DNA of 64,000 bases from an uncultured Gemmatimonadota bacterium (GTDB lineage: Bacteria > Gemmatimonadota > Gemmatimonadetes > Palauibacterales > Palauibacteraceae). The position numbers and the translations under genes are program-made. The notes under the pieces were generated by a model. The model had not been told where the DNA came from and did no database searches. It was given only the letters and a program-made list of their open reading frames with translations. Position 1 is the first letter of the stretch, and every line of letters starts with the position of its first letter. Positions 18,415-27,831 of the stretch are shown here, piece by piece. The stretch covers positions 14,106 through 78,105 of the forward strand of contig CAZCLY010000005.1 in NCBI GenBank assembly GCA_964499635.1, written 5' to 3'.

Positions 18415-20028
18415 GTGGGTCTGCTCGCGACGTTGGACTGGGCCGTAATCGGCGTCTACTTCCTCCTCGTGTTCGGTGTGGCGATCTGGGCGACGATGCG
18501 CGAACGATCGTCACGCGAGACCTCCACGGACTACTTCCTGGCCGGCCGGGACGCCGGCTGGTTCCTCGTCGGAGGCTCGCTGTTCGCCTCCAACATCGGC
18601 TCCGAGCACCTCGTGGGTCTGGCCGGTACGGGAGCCGCGAGCGGCGTGGCGGTGGCGCAGTTCGAGATCCTCGCGTCGCTGATCCTCCTCCTGCTCGGTT
18701 GGCTGTTCGTTCCTTTCTACCTGGCGAGCGGCGTGTACACGATGCCCGAGTTCCTCGAGCGCCGGTACTCGGAGGGGGCACGCTGGTACCTGGCCGTGAT
18801 CTCGATCATCGGCTACGTGCTGACCAAGATCTCGGTGACCATCGCCGCGGGCGGGATCGTGTTCGAGGCCCTGATGGGGATCGACTTCTGGACCGGTGCG
18901 CTCGTGGTGGTGGTGATCACCGGGGTGTACACGATCTTCGGCGGGCTCAGGGCGGTGCTGTATACCGACCTGCTCCAGATGTTCGTCCTCATCGGGGGCG
19001 CCGTGACCGTGATGATCCTCGGGCTGCACGCGCTCGGCGGCTGGGGCGCGATGACCGAGGCGGTCCCGGCGTCGTTCCTGACCCTGTGGAAGCCCCTCTC
19101 GGATCCCGACTTCCCGTGGACCGGCATTCTGTTCGGGGCCCCCATCCTCGGCGTGTGGTACTGGTGCACCGACCAGTTCATCGTGCAGCGCGTGCTCGCG
19201 GCGCACGACGAGAACCACGCGCGGCGCGGAACGGTGTTCGCGGGATACCTGAAGCTCCTGCCGCTGTTCATCTTCGTGATCCCGGGCGTGATCGCGTACG
19301 CGCTCGCGCAGCAGGGCCGGCTGGATCTGGCGCGGCCCGACGAGGCGCTTCCCACGCTCATCGGCGTGCTCCTCCCGGTGGGGCTGCGCGGGCTCGTGGT
19401 GGCCGGGCTGCTCGCGGCGCTCATGAGCTCGCTCTCCTCGGTGTTCAACTCGACCTCGACCCTGATCACGCTCGACGTCTACAAGCGGCTCCGACCGCAG
19501 GCCTCCGAGCGACAGCTCGTGCTGTTCGGTCAGGCCGCCACCGCCGTGCTGGTCGGCGTCGGGCTCCTGTGGATCCCGCTCATGCGGCTCATCTCGGGGC
19601 AGCTGTATCAGTACCTGCAGAGCGTGCAGGCGTACATCTCGCCCCCCATCGCGGCGGTGTTCCTCATCGGCATCCTGTGGCGACGCGTGAACGCGACGGG
19701 GGCCATGGCGGCGCTCCTCACCGGGTTCGTGCTCGGGATGGGACGGCTGGTGGCGGAGCTCGGCAAGGGCGGCCTGAGCGGCTTCCTGTTCTCCTATGCC
19801 GACATGAACTTCCTGCACTTCGCGGTCGTCCTGTTCGTCATCTGCACCGCGGTGTTGATCGCGGTCAGCCTGCTCACGCCGCCACCGCCGGAGGAGAAGG
19901 TGAAGGGTCTCACGCTCGCGGTTCGGGACAGGATCGAGACCGTCGCGCACGCCTGGCGGCGGACCGATCTCGTGCTCACGCTGCTCCTCATCGTGTGCGT
20001 GGGGATCGTGTGGATCTACTTCTCGTGA
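18415..20028 (+). CDS. Sodium:solute symporter family (SSF/SGLT-like) sugar transporter
   Basis: The multi-TM protein has the SSF N-terminal signature (DYFLAGRDAGWFLVGGSLFASNIGSEHLVGLAG), and it follows the CRTAC1 gene by 17 nt. Confidence 0.8.
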   Translation: MGLLATLDWAVIGVYFLLVFGVAIWATMRERSSRETSTDYFLAGRDAGWFLVGGSLFASNIGSEHLVGLAGTGAASGVAVAQFEILASLILLLLGWLFVPFYLASGVYTMPEFLERRYSEGARWYLAVISIIGYVLTKISVTIAAGGIVFEALMGIDFWTGALVVVVITGVYTIFGGLRAVLYTDLLQMFVLIGGAVTVMILGLHALGGWGAMTEAVPASFLTLWKPLSDPDFPWTGILFGAPILGVWYWCTDQFIVQRVLAAHDENHARRGTVFAGYLKLLPLFIFVIPGVIAYALAQQGRLDLARPDEALPTLIGVLLPVGLRGLVVAGLLAALMSSLSSVFNSTSTLITLDVYKRLRPQASERQLVLFGQAATAVLVGVGLLWIPLMRLISGQLYQYLQSVQAYISPPIAAVFLIGILWRRVNATGAMAALLTGFVLGMGRLVAELGKGGLSGFLFSYADMNFLHFAVVLFVICTAVLIAVSLLTPPPPEEKVKGLTLAVRDRIETVAHAWRRTDLVLTLLLIVCVGIVWIYFS

Positions 20029-20098
20029 AAGGCGCTCGACCCATGCCGCCCGTCCCGACTCGTGGTGGCCCCCGTCCGCCCCCCTCGCAGGCGAAGCC

Positions 20099-21313
20099 AT
20101 GAAATCGACCTGGAAGGTGCGCGTCGCGCTCGCGTTGAACTTCTTCGTCTTCGCGATCCTGCTGAACACGGTCGGGATCGTGATCGCGCGCGTGATCGAG
20201 GACTACGGCGTGGCCGGCACGACCGCGGCTTCGCTCGAAGCGTTCAAGGACCTCTCGATCGCGGCCACCTCGTTCCTCCTCGCCTCGTACGTGCCGCGCA
20301 TCGGGTACCGGCGCACGATGCTCGCGGGGCTCACGGCGGTGATGCTCGCCAGCATGCTGGTGGCGGCCGTCACGGGCTTCTGGGTGACACCCGTCCTGTA
20401 CGCGACGATCGGCGTGAGCTTCGCGCTCATGAAGACGGCCGTCTACTCCACCATCGGCCTCATCACGGAGTCGCAGGCCGCGCATACCGGCCTCATGAAC
20501 TTCATGGAGGGGGTGTTCCAGGTCGGCGCCATGTCGGGGCCGCTGCTCTTCGCCTTCATGATCGACGTGCGCCGCTGGACCGACACGTACTGGCTGCTCG
20601 CCGTGCTGATCCTCGTCGCGCTCGTCCTCATGTGGTTCACGCAGCTCGATGAGCACGAGATCGAGGCCCACGCGGAGGAGACCGGCTTCCTCGAGATGCT
20701 CAAGCTGCTCAAGCGGCCCATCGTGTGGACGTTCGTGGTGTGCGCGTGGCTGTACGTGATGATCGAGCAGAGCTTCGGGACGTGGATGCCCCGCTTCCAC
20801 GAGCAGATCTTCGGGCTTTCCGCGGCCGTCGCCTCCGGATTCATGAGCTTCTACTTCGGATCGATCGCGCTCAGCCGGTTCCTGGCCGGAGCCCTCGCGA
20901 AACGCGTCCCGTGGATCGTGCTGCAGCTCGTCTACCTGGGGCTCGCCTTCAGCGTGACCCTGACCGTGGTGCTGCTGACGACGGGGGGGAGCCCGGCCGA
21001 GGTGACCTCCTGGACCGCGGCGCCGAAGCTCGCGTTCCTGTTCGCCGTCGTGGGATTCTTCCTCGGACCGATCTATCCGACGATCTCCTCGATCGTGCTG
21101 ACTCGGATGCCCAAGTCGCAACAACCGGCGATGACGGGGCTCATCATCATCTTCTCCGCGCTCGGAGGGACGACGGGCTCTCTCATCACGGGCCGGCTGA
21201 CCGATATCCTGAACACGCACGATGCGTTCTTCTTCCCGCTCGTGCCGATCGCCCTGCTCGCGCTCATGCTGCTCCCCTACCGGCGGCTGGCGGAGCGGGA
21301 GGCGGAGGCGTGA
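20099..21313 (+). CDS. MFS transporter, FucP/GluP-like sugar:proton symporter
   Basis: The 404 aa protein has 12 predicted hydrophobic segments (VALALNFFVFAILLNTVGIVIARV...) and sits between the SSF transporter and the trehalase. Confidence 0.65.
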   Translation: MKSTWKVRVALALNFFVFAILLNTVGIVIARVIEDYGVAGTTAASLEAFKDLSIAATSFLLASYVPRIGYRRTMLAGLTAVMLASMLVAAVTGFWVTPVLYATIGVSFALMKTAVYSTIGLITESQAAHTGLMNFMEGVFQVGAMSGPLLFAFMIDVRRWTDTYWLLAVLILVALVLMWFTQLDEHEIEAHAEETGFLEMLKLLKRPIVWTFVVCAWLYVMIEQSFGTWMPRFHEQIFGLSAAVASGFMSFYFGSIALSRFLAGALAKRVPWIVLQLVYLGLAFSVTLTVVLLTTGGSPAEVTSWTAAPKLAFLFAVVGFFLGPIYPTISSIVLTRMPKSQQPAMTGLIIIFSALGGTTGSLITGRLTDILNTHDAFFFPLVPIALLALMLLPYRRLAEREAEA

Positions 21314-21326
21314 TGAGCGACCCCGC

Positions 21327-23219
21327 ATGAAGATCCCCGTCGAGGCGACGTTCCGGCGCCTGCTCGAGCAGGAGGACACGGACGGGGACAACCAGATCAC
21401 CGTCCGGGACTCGGGGCCGAAGCGCTTCCTGGTGATGGGCGACTCGGGGGACACGATCGCAGTGGAGGGGACGTACCCGCTGGCCAACCTCCTCCAGGAG
21501 CTCGCCGTCGCGCGCGAGACGGCCCGCGACACGCTGGAGCTCGACCGTGACCGGTTGGACGAGAACCCCGTCCGACGCATCTCGCGCATGATCCGCGATG
21601 TGTTCTGGGATGGGCTCACCCGGACCGTGGATGCGGACGGCATCGAGCGTGTGGCCATCGACTCCAAGGGCGAGGGCACGGACCTCGACCGGAGTCCGCG
21701 GGTGTACGTCCCCCACGACGACGCCCGGGCCCTCGCGTACTTCGAGCGCCTCGCGCAAGAGCGGCCCGACCTCGGGCTCGCCGTCGCACGTCTCCCCCGG
21801 ACGATCACACCCGCGTACGGGCTCGGCCTCAACGACAGCCCCGGCATCCTGAGCCTGAAGCTCGTCGAGGACGATCGGGGCTCTGTCCGGGGGCTCCCGT
21901 TCGTCGTGCCCGGAGGACGCTTCAACGAGCTGTACGGGTGGGACAGCTATTTCATCGTGCTCGGGCTCCTGCACGACGGTCGCACGGAGCTCGCTCGCGG
22001 GATGGTCGATCATCTCCTCTACGAGATCGAGCACTACGGGCAGGTCCTGAACGCGAACCGCAGCTACTACCTGACGCGCTCGCAGCCCCCGTTCCTGACC
22101 GCCATGGGGTGGGCCGTATTCGAGCGGCTACCGGAAGGCGCGGCGCGCGAGGCCTGGTTCGCGGGGGTGATTCGCGCCGCGATTCACGAGTACGAGACGG
22201 TGTGGACCCGCCCGCCCAAGCTCACGGACAGCGGTTTGAGCCGCTATTACGCGCGAGGGATCGGGATGCCGCCCGAGACCGAGGCGGGGCACTATGACGG
22301 CCATCTGCGACCCTACGCGAGGGCGGCCGGGATGGACGTGGAGAGCTTCCGCGCGGCCGTGCGGCGGCGCGAGATCGTCGATGCCGAGCTCGACGAGTAT
22401 TTCGTCCACGATCGGACGCTGCGCGAGTCGGGGCACGACAACAGCTATCGTCTCGAAGGCAGGGCCGCCCACCTGTGCACCGTGGACCTCAACGCACTGC
22501 TGTACCGCTACGAGATCGACATCGCCCGTGCGGCCAAGACCGTGTTCCGCGGCTCGTTGGAGACGCCCGACGGCACGGTCCACACGGGCGCGGCGTGGTT
22601 GGAGCGGGCCGGGCAGCGCCGCGAGCGGATGGACCGGCTGTGCTGGGACGAGGAACGGGGGATCTTCTTCGACTACAACTTCGTCGAGGGCGGGCAGACG
22701 GGCTTCGAGAGCGTCACGGGGCTGTATCCGCTCTGGGCGGGCCTCGCCTCCGAGGCGCAGGCGGCGGCGCTCGTCGAGCGCGCCGTGCCGCTGTTCGAGG
22801 AGGCGGGCGGGCTCGTGTCCACCACCGAGGCGTCGCGCGGCGCGATCTCCGAGGACCGCCCTCAGCGGCAGTGGGACTACCCGTTCGGCTGGCCGCCCCA
22901 CCAGATGCTCGTCTGGCAGGGGCTGCGGGACTATGGCTACGAGGCTGTGGCCCGCCGGCTCGCGTACCGCTGGCTCCACATGATCACCCGGAATGCGGCC
23001 GACTACAACGGCACGATTCCCGAGAAGTACGACGTCGTGAACCGCACGCACGACGTGTTCGTCGAGTACGGCAACGTGGGAACGGAGTTCGATTACATCA
23101 CGCGGGAGGGGTTCGGATGGATGAACGCCTCCTACCAGGTGGGGCTGGCGCTCCTCACGGACGAGGAGCGGCGGAGGCTCGAGGCGGGCACTCCGCCCGA
23201 GGACCCGAGCCTGGGGTAG
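21327..23219 (+). CDS. treA: Trehalase (glycoside hydrolase family 37)
   Basis: Both trehalase signatures are present: VPGGRFNELYGWDSYFI (PGGRFxExYxWDxY) and QWDYPFGWPPHQ (QWDxPxGWAPxQ). The ATG at 21327 sits in the long-ORF frame. Confidence 0.85.
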   Translation: MKIPVEATFRRLLEQEDTDGDNQITVRDSGPKRFLVMGDSGDTIAVEGTYPLANLLQELAVARETARDTLELDRDRLDENPVRRISRMIRDVFWDGLTRTVDADGIERVAIDSKGEGTDLDRSPRVYVPHDDARALAYFERLAQERPDLGLAVARLPRTITPAYGLGLNDSPGILSLKLVEDDRGSVRGLPFVVPGGRFNELYGWDSYFIVLGLLHDGRTELARGMVDHLLYEIEHYGQVLNANRSYYLTRSQPPFLTAMGWAVFERLPEGAAREAWFAGVIRAAIHEYETVWTRPPKLTDSGLSRYYARGIGMPPETEAGHYDGHLRPYARAAGMDVESFRAAVRRREIVDAELDEYFVHDRTLRESGHDNSYRLEGRAAHLCTVDLNALLYRYEIDIARAAKTVFRGSLETPDGTVHTGAAWLERAGQRRERMDRLCWDEERGIFFDYNFVEGGQTGFESVTGLYPLWAGLASEAQAAALVERAVPLFEEAGGLVSTTEASRGAISEDRPQRQWDYPFGWPPHQMLVWQGLRDYGYEAVARRLAYRWLHMITRNAADYNGTIPEKYDVVNRTHDVFVEYGNVGTEFDYITREGFGWMNASYQVGLALLTDEERRRLEAGTPPEDPSLG

Positions 23220-23446
23220 GCGTCGAGCGGATCGAGCGGATTCACCGACCGCTTCCGCTTGACTGGTCCCCGAGCGCGGCTCACCACCGGCGCCGCGCCA
23301 CGCCCGTGCGCGCGCGACCTTGATCTTCATGTCCCTCGCGGCGAGCGGGGCGCTGGCGTGGGCGCGGCGGTGGAAGGACCGTCGAGGCTCGTCCGCCCAG
23401 CCCTCGGCCCCGGACATCTCCGGACACCACCTCGTGACCGCTGCTA

Positions 23447-24280
23447 CTACCGCCTCCGCTGGGCGAACAGCCAGGTGGTGAGCTCCGGGGAGCCATACGC
23501 GGCGTCCCAGGAGTCGTGGTCCGTACCGGGCACTTCCGTGTAGCGCACGTCGACACCGGCGCGCTCGAGGGCCTCCGCCGCGCGGCGCGACTCCTCGACC
23601 GGGACGACGCTGTCCACCTCGCCGTGGAAGATCCACACCGGCACGCCGGCGAGCCGGGCGGCGAGCGCCGCGAACGGCTCTCCATCCTCCTCCGGCACCA
23701 CGGACGACTCGGGCGGAAGCGGGGGCCCACCCCGTACCCACGCGCAAATCGGGACGATGGCCGCGAAGCGCTCCGGGTGGCGGTAGGCCAGGTACCACGT
23801 GCCGTGGCCGCCCATCGACAGACCCGTCAGATAGATCCGGGCCGGGTCCGTCGAGAACTCCTCCAGCGTCCGGTCGAGCGCCGCCATGGCGGCGTCCGCC
23901 GGCCGTCCTGTCCACAGCGAGTCGCGCGGAGCCTGGGGCATGACGACGATCGCCGGATACCGGTCGGGGCTCTTGCGCAGGGCGGGCCCGAGCCCGACCG
24001 CCGTCTGGAAGACGCCGTCGCCGCCACGCTCACCGGCCCCGTGGAGGAAGAGGATGACCGGCCACCGCGTCCGCTCCGCGTAGCCACGCGGGACGTAGAC
24101 CTGATAGGGGTACTCCGCGCCGCCCACGGTCACGGCGCGATCCAGAAAGCCGGTCTCGACGGTCTGCCCCGCCAGGCCCTCGAACGCCAGGAGACCGCAG
24201 AGAAGCGCGAGGCTGGAGAGCCGGGATGTGCGGATCCCCGGCGGCCGGATGGTCGCGAAACATGGTGTGTGAATCGTCAT
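23447..24280 (-). CDS. Alpha/beta-hydrolase fold esterase (phospholipase/carboxylesterase or PHB-depolymerase-like), secreted
   Basis: It has a signal peptide (LSSLALLCGLLAFEG), an HGAGERGGDG oxyanion region, a nucleophile elbow GLSMGGHG, and a C-terminal HGEVDSVVP...DH catalytic His region. The start M (MTIHTP) lies 16 nt after the GH3 stop. Confidence 0.7.
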   Translation of the reverse strand: MTIHTPCFATIRPPGIRTSRLSSLALLCGLLAFEGLAGQTVETGFLDRAVTVGGAEYPYQVYVPRGYAERTRWPVILFLHGAGERGGDGVFQTAVGLGPALRKSPDRYPAIVVMPQAPRDSLWTGRPADAAMAALDRTLEEFSTDPARIYLTGLSMGGHGTWYLAYRHPERFAAIVPICAWVRGGPPLPPESSVVPEEDGEPFAALAARLAGVPVWIFHGEVDSVVPVEESRRAAEALERAGVDVRYTEVPGTDHDSWDAAYGSPELTTWLFAQRRR

Positions 24281-24296
24281 GTTCCCTCCTCGCGGG

Positions 24297-26837
24297 TCAG
24301 GGCTCGGCCGTCTCGAGCCCGATCTCGGTGCTCGCGCGAAGGTCGCGCGAGGACGATCCGATCCAGATCCGCCGGTTCCCGGTGGGCGCGACCCAGGTGT
24401 GCCGGACGGTGGACCAGCGGGCCAGCTCACGCGGACCGATGCGGATCCTCACTTCCCCCTCATCCCCCGCACCGAGGTGGATGCGCTCGAAGCCCACCAG
24501 ACGCCGCGGCGCCATGGGAACGGGCGGATCGGTGGGCGGCCCGAGGTAGACCTGCACGACCTCGGAGCCCGGGACGGCCCCCGCGTTGCGTAGCCGAACG
24601 CGGATCTCGAACCCGTCTGCCGTCGGCCGGACGTCGGGGTCGGAGTACTCGAAGGTCGTGTACGAGAGGCCGTGTCCAAACGGGAAGAGCGGCTCCGTGC
24701 CACGAGCGTCGTACCAGCGATAGCCCACCAGGATGCCCTCGTCGTAGGCCACGCGACCGTCGATGCCCGGATAGCGGGCGTCCGACCCGGCCACGGGTGT
24801 GTCCTGTTCACGCCGTGGGAACGTCACCGGTAGCCTGCCGCTCGGGACGGCTTCGCCGAGCAGCAACGCAGCGGTGACGTCGGCTCCTTCCTGGCCGGGA
24901 TACCACATCTCGAGGATGGCACCGACGTCGTCCACCCACGGCATGAGCACGGGGTCCCCGGTATTGAGCACGACCGTCGTATGGGGGTTGGCGGCCGCAA
25001 GGGCGCTCACCAGCTCGTCCTGCCCGTCGGGAAGCGACAATGAGGGCCGATCGCGGCCTTCGGTGCCCTCGTCATAGGCGAACACCACCGCGGCCGTCGT
25101 CTCCCGGGCCGCCTCGATCGCTTCGTCGCGGTACGCCCGCTGCCGCTCCGGCGTGACCCAGGCAAGCCGCACTCGCAACGGCTCTCTCGGTCCACCCTCC
25201 GAGCGCTCGGCATCGGCCGTCACCTCGATCTCGTGGGACTCGCCGGCCAGCAGCGACACGGTCGCGGTCGCGTTCTCGAGCCCGTCGCGCGTGGGCAGGA
25301 GACTCGCATCGCTGAAGAACCCGCCCGTCGACAGGAGCTGCGTGCCGTCCAGCGAGAGGGAACCGCCACCGCCGCTCGTCTGGAGCTTGAGCGCGTAGAC
25401 GCCCGTGGTCGGCGCCGTCAGCGTGCCGGTCCACGTCCAGGCCGTGCCGGACGGCGGCGTGTCCGCCCGCGTGAAGTCGACGACGGCGTCGACCTGGGTG
25501 CCGCCCTCGGGGCCGCTGCGCGACAGGCCGTGCGCTTGGGCGCCCGTGGACGGACGGAGCGCGGACGCCGGAACGGGCACCCCGTCCAGATCGATACCCG
25601 GCAGGTAGCGGATGTCCGCCCCGGCCCGCCGCGCGAGCGCCGCGAGTGGGCTCTCCGAGCGCAGGGGCACGACGCGGGAGCTCCCACCCCCGCCGTACAG
25701 CGGGGTGTGCGCGGTGGGTCCGATGACGACCAGCGAGGCCAGGTCGCCGCCCTCGAGCGGGAGTGCGCCATCCTCGTTCTTCAGAAGTACGGCGCCCGCG
25801 AGGGCCACCTCGCGCGCCACGGCGGCCCCCGCCGCCTCGTCCATGTCCGGGCGCGGCGTTCCCTCGCCCAGGAGACCCATACGGTCCATCTGTCCGAGGA
25901 TGCGCGTCACCGCCCGGTCGACCACCGCCTCGGGGATGCGGCCCATCTCCACGGCCGCCCGGAGCGAATCGGCGAAGTAAACCGGCTGGCCGGGGCCGAA
26001 GCTGGTGCCCGGCATCTCCTGGTCCAGACCGGCCTCGAGCGCTCCGAGTGAGTGGCGCGCGAACCAGTCGGTCATCACCCACCCCTGGAAGCCGAGATCG
26101 TCGCGCAGGATGCGGGTCAGGAGCTCAGGGCTCTCGCAGGCGTGCGTCCCGTTCACCTTGTTGTAGGCGCACATCACGGCGCCCGCACCGGCCTCGACGG
26201 CCGCCGCGAACCCGGGCAGGTAGATCTCGTGCATGGCGCGTTCGTCGACCGCCTCATCCGCGCTCATGCGGTCGCGCTCGAAGTTGTTGGCGACGTAGTG
26301 CTTGACGGTGGCGATCAGCCCTTCTCCCTCGATGCCCCGCACCTCCGCGCCCACCAGCCACCCCGCGAGGAGCGGGTCCTCGCCGAGCGTCTCGAAGTTC
26401 CGCCCCGCCTGCGGGACGCGCACGATGTTGACCATCGGCGAGAGCAGCACGTCCTGCCCGCGCGCGCGGCCCTCGCGTCCGATCACCTCGCCGAACCGCC
26501 GCGCGAGGGCCGTGTCGAAGGTGGCGGCGAGCATGACGGGAGCCGGGAGGGCCGTGGCAGGCTCACGGGTACGGATGCCCGCCGGTCCGTCCGCCATGCG
26601 GAGGGGCGGGATTCCGAGGCGCGGAATCCCCGGCACGTAGCCGGCCCCGGCCTCCCCGGAAGGATCCCGGGCACCGTGCAGGAGGGTGAGCTTCTCGTCC
26701 AGGGTCATGCGGCCCACGAGCCCGGCGACATCGGTCTCCTGGGCCGCGAGCGGGAGGGGGGCGGCGAACGGGAGCAGCAGGGCGAGGGCGGCGAAAGCCT
26801 CCCAGCGCCGGGGACGGGCTCTCATCCTGTCTTGCAT
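24297..26837 (-). CDS. bglX: Glycoside hydrolase family 3 beta-glucosidase (BglX-like, with PA14-type insertion), secreted
   Basis: It has a signal peptide, GH3 N-domain motifs (GIPPLRMADGPAGIR, LSPMVNIVRVPQAGRNFE, VMTDWFA) and C-domain motifs (VLLKNEDGALPL, VVFAYDEGTEGRDR), with an 846 aa product. Confidence 0.85.
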   Translation of the reverse strand: MQDRMRARPRRWEAFAALALLLPFAAPLPLAAQETDVAGLVGRMTLDEKLTLLHGARDPSGEAGAGYVPGIPRLGIPPLRMADGPAGIRTREPATALPAPVMLAATFDTALARRFGEVIGREGRARGQDVLLSPMVNIVRVPQAGRNFETLGEDPLLAGWLVGAEVRGIEGEGLIATVKHYVANNFERDRMSADEAVDERAMHEIYLPGFAAAVEAGAGAVMCAYNKVNGTHACESPELLTRILRDDLGFQGWVMTDWFARHSLGALEAGLDQEMPGTSFGPGQPVYFADSLRAAVEMGRIPEAVVDRAVTRILGQMDRMGLLGEGTPRPDMDEAAGAAVAREVALAGAVLLKNEDGALPLEGGDLASLVVIGPTAHTPLYGGGGSSRVVPLRSESPLAALARRAGADIRYLPGIDLDGVPVPASALRPSTGAQAHGLSRSGPEGGTQVDAVVDFTRADTPPSGTAWTWTGTLTAPTTGVYALKLQTSGGGGSLSLDGTQLLSTGGFFSDASLLPTRDGLENATATVSLLAGESHEIEVTADAERSEGGPREPLRVRLAWVTPERQRAYRDEAIEAARETTAAVVFAYDEGTEGRDRPSLSLPDGQDELVSALAAANPHTTVVLNTGDPVLMPWVDDVGAILEMWYPGQEGADVTAALLLGEAVPSGRLPVTFPRREQDTPVAGSDARYPGIDGRVAYDEGILVGYRWYDARGTEPLFPFGHGLSYTTFEYSDPDVRPTADGFEIRVRLRNAGAVPGSEVVQVYLGPPTDPPVPMAPRRLVGFERIHLGAGDEGEVRIRIGPRELARWSTVRHTWVAPTGNRRIWIGSSSRDLRASTEIGLETAEP

Positions 26838-26853
26838 GGCGGGCCTCCGGGGG

Positions 26854-27717
26854 TCATCCGAGCGGCGGTTGCCTCGCCTCCGGCACGCGCTTCTCGAGAT
26901 CGGCGGCGCTCAGCACCAGTGTGTCGGTCTGGAACTTGTCCCATTCGCGGACGAGGAAGCCCTCCGACTCCAGCCGCGCCTGGATCCGGCCGCGATCCCA
27001 CCCGAACACCTCCTCGAGGATCGGCACCACGACCGCGAGCGCATCGTCGCTCAACACGATGCGGCGCGCCACCTGGCTGATGTACTCGTTCTCGGACACG
27101 GCGATCGTCAGCCCGTCCAGCCGGTTCACGTGCAGCATCACGTGGATGTCCGAGCTCCCATCTCCCACGTAGATGATCCGGTCCCGGGCGATGTTCCGCT
27201 CGCGCCGGAGCCGGTCCACCACGGCCACCTTCCCGTAGCCCGCCGTCGAGTGCCGCACGTCCACGATGCGACCCTCGGCGTCGTACTCGAACTCGGTCCC
27301 GAAGATGCGGTCGGGCGACACGATCCCCTCCAGCGCCGACTCCACCATCTCCCGCGGCGCCGCCGAGATGACGTAGAACACGAACTCGTGCTCCGCGTCG
27401 ATCTCGTTCAGGAGACTCGCGAACAGCTCGACGTTCGACTTGAGGTGCGCCCCCTTGCCGGCCTCGACGAGGTGCTCCCGTCGCACGCCGTTGAACTCGG
27501 GGTCGTGAACCAGCAGATAGGTTAGCTCCGCCCCCTGCTGCACGAAGTTCTCTTCCGCCAGCTCCGCCACCTTCTCGTCGAACGTCGAGACGCCGCGCAG
27601 TCCGGCCAGCACCTGGCCGCAATCGTTGAAGCTCAGTGTGCGGTCGAAGTCGCTCGCCAGCAGATAGCGGTTCGCCGACCGGCGGGTCTTGCGCTCCACC
27701 TCGTTACGCCTGGGCAT
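26854..27717 (-). CDS. HAD-superfamily hydrolase (phosphatase, HAD-IB-like)
   Basis: The HAD motif I is DFDRTLS, the motif IV region is YVGDGSSDIHV, and the protein is 287 aa. It lies 16 nt upstream of GH3 on the same strand. Confidence 0.6.
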   Translation of the reverse strand: MPRRNEVERKTRRSANRYLLASDFDRTLSFNDCGQVLAGLRGVSTFDEKVAELAEENFVQQGAELTYLLVHDPEFNGVRREHLVEAGKGAHLKSNVELFASLLNEIDAEHEFVFYVISAAPREMVESALEGIVSPDRIFGTEFEYDAEGRIVDVRHSTAGYGKVAVVDRLRRERNIARDRIIYVGDGSSDIHVMLHVNRLDGLTIAVSENEYISQVARRIVLSDDALAVVVPILEEVFGWDRGRIQARLESEGFLVREWDKFQTDTLVLSAADLEKRVPEARQPPLG

Positions 27718-27831
27718 CCGGGCCCTCGTGTGCCGCGCGTGGGGGGTCGATCGCCGATCGGCGGTCGAAGGAAGCCCCTGAGGACCCCGGGCGATCCGAG
27801 ATGTTCCGCCGGGGCACGAGGAAACGCCGGC

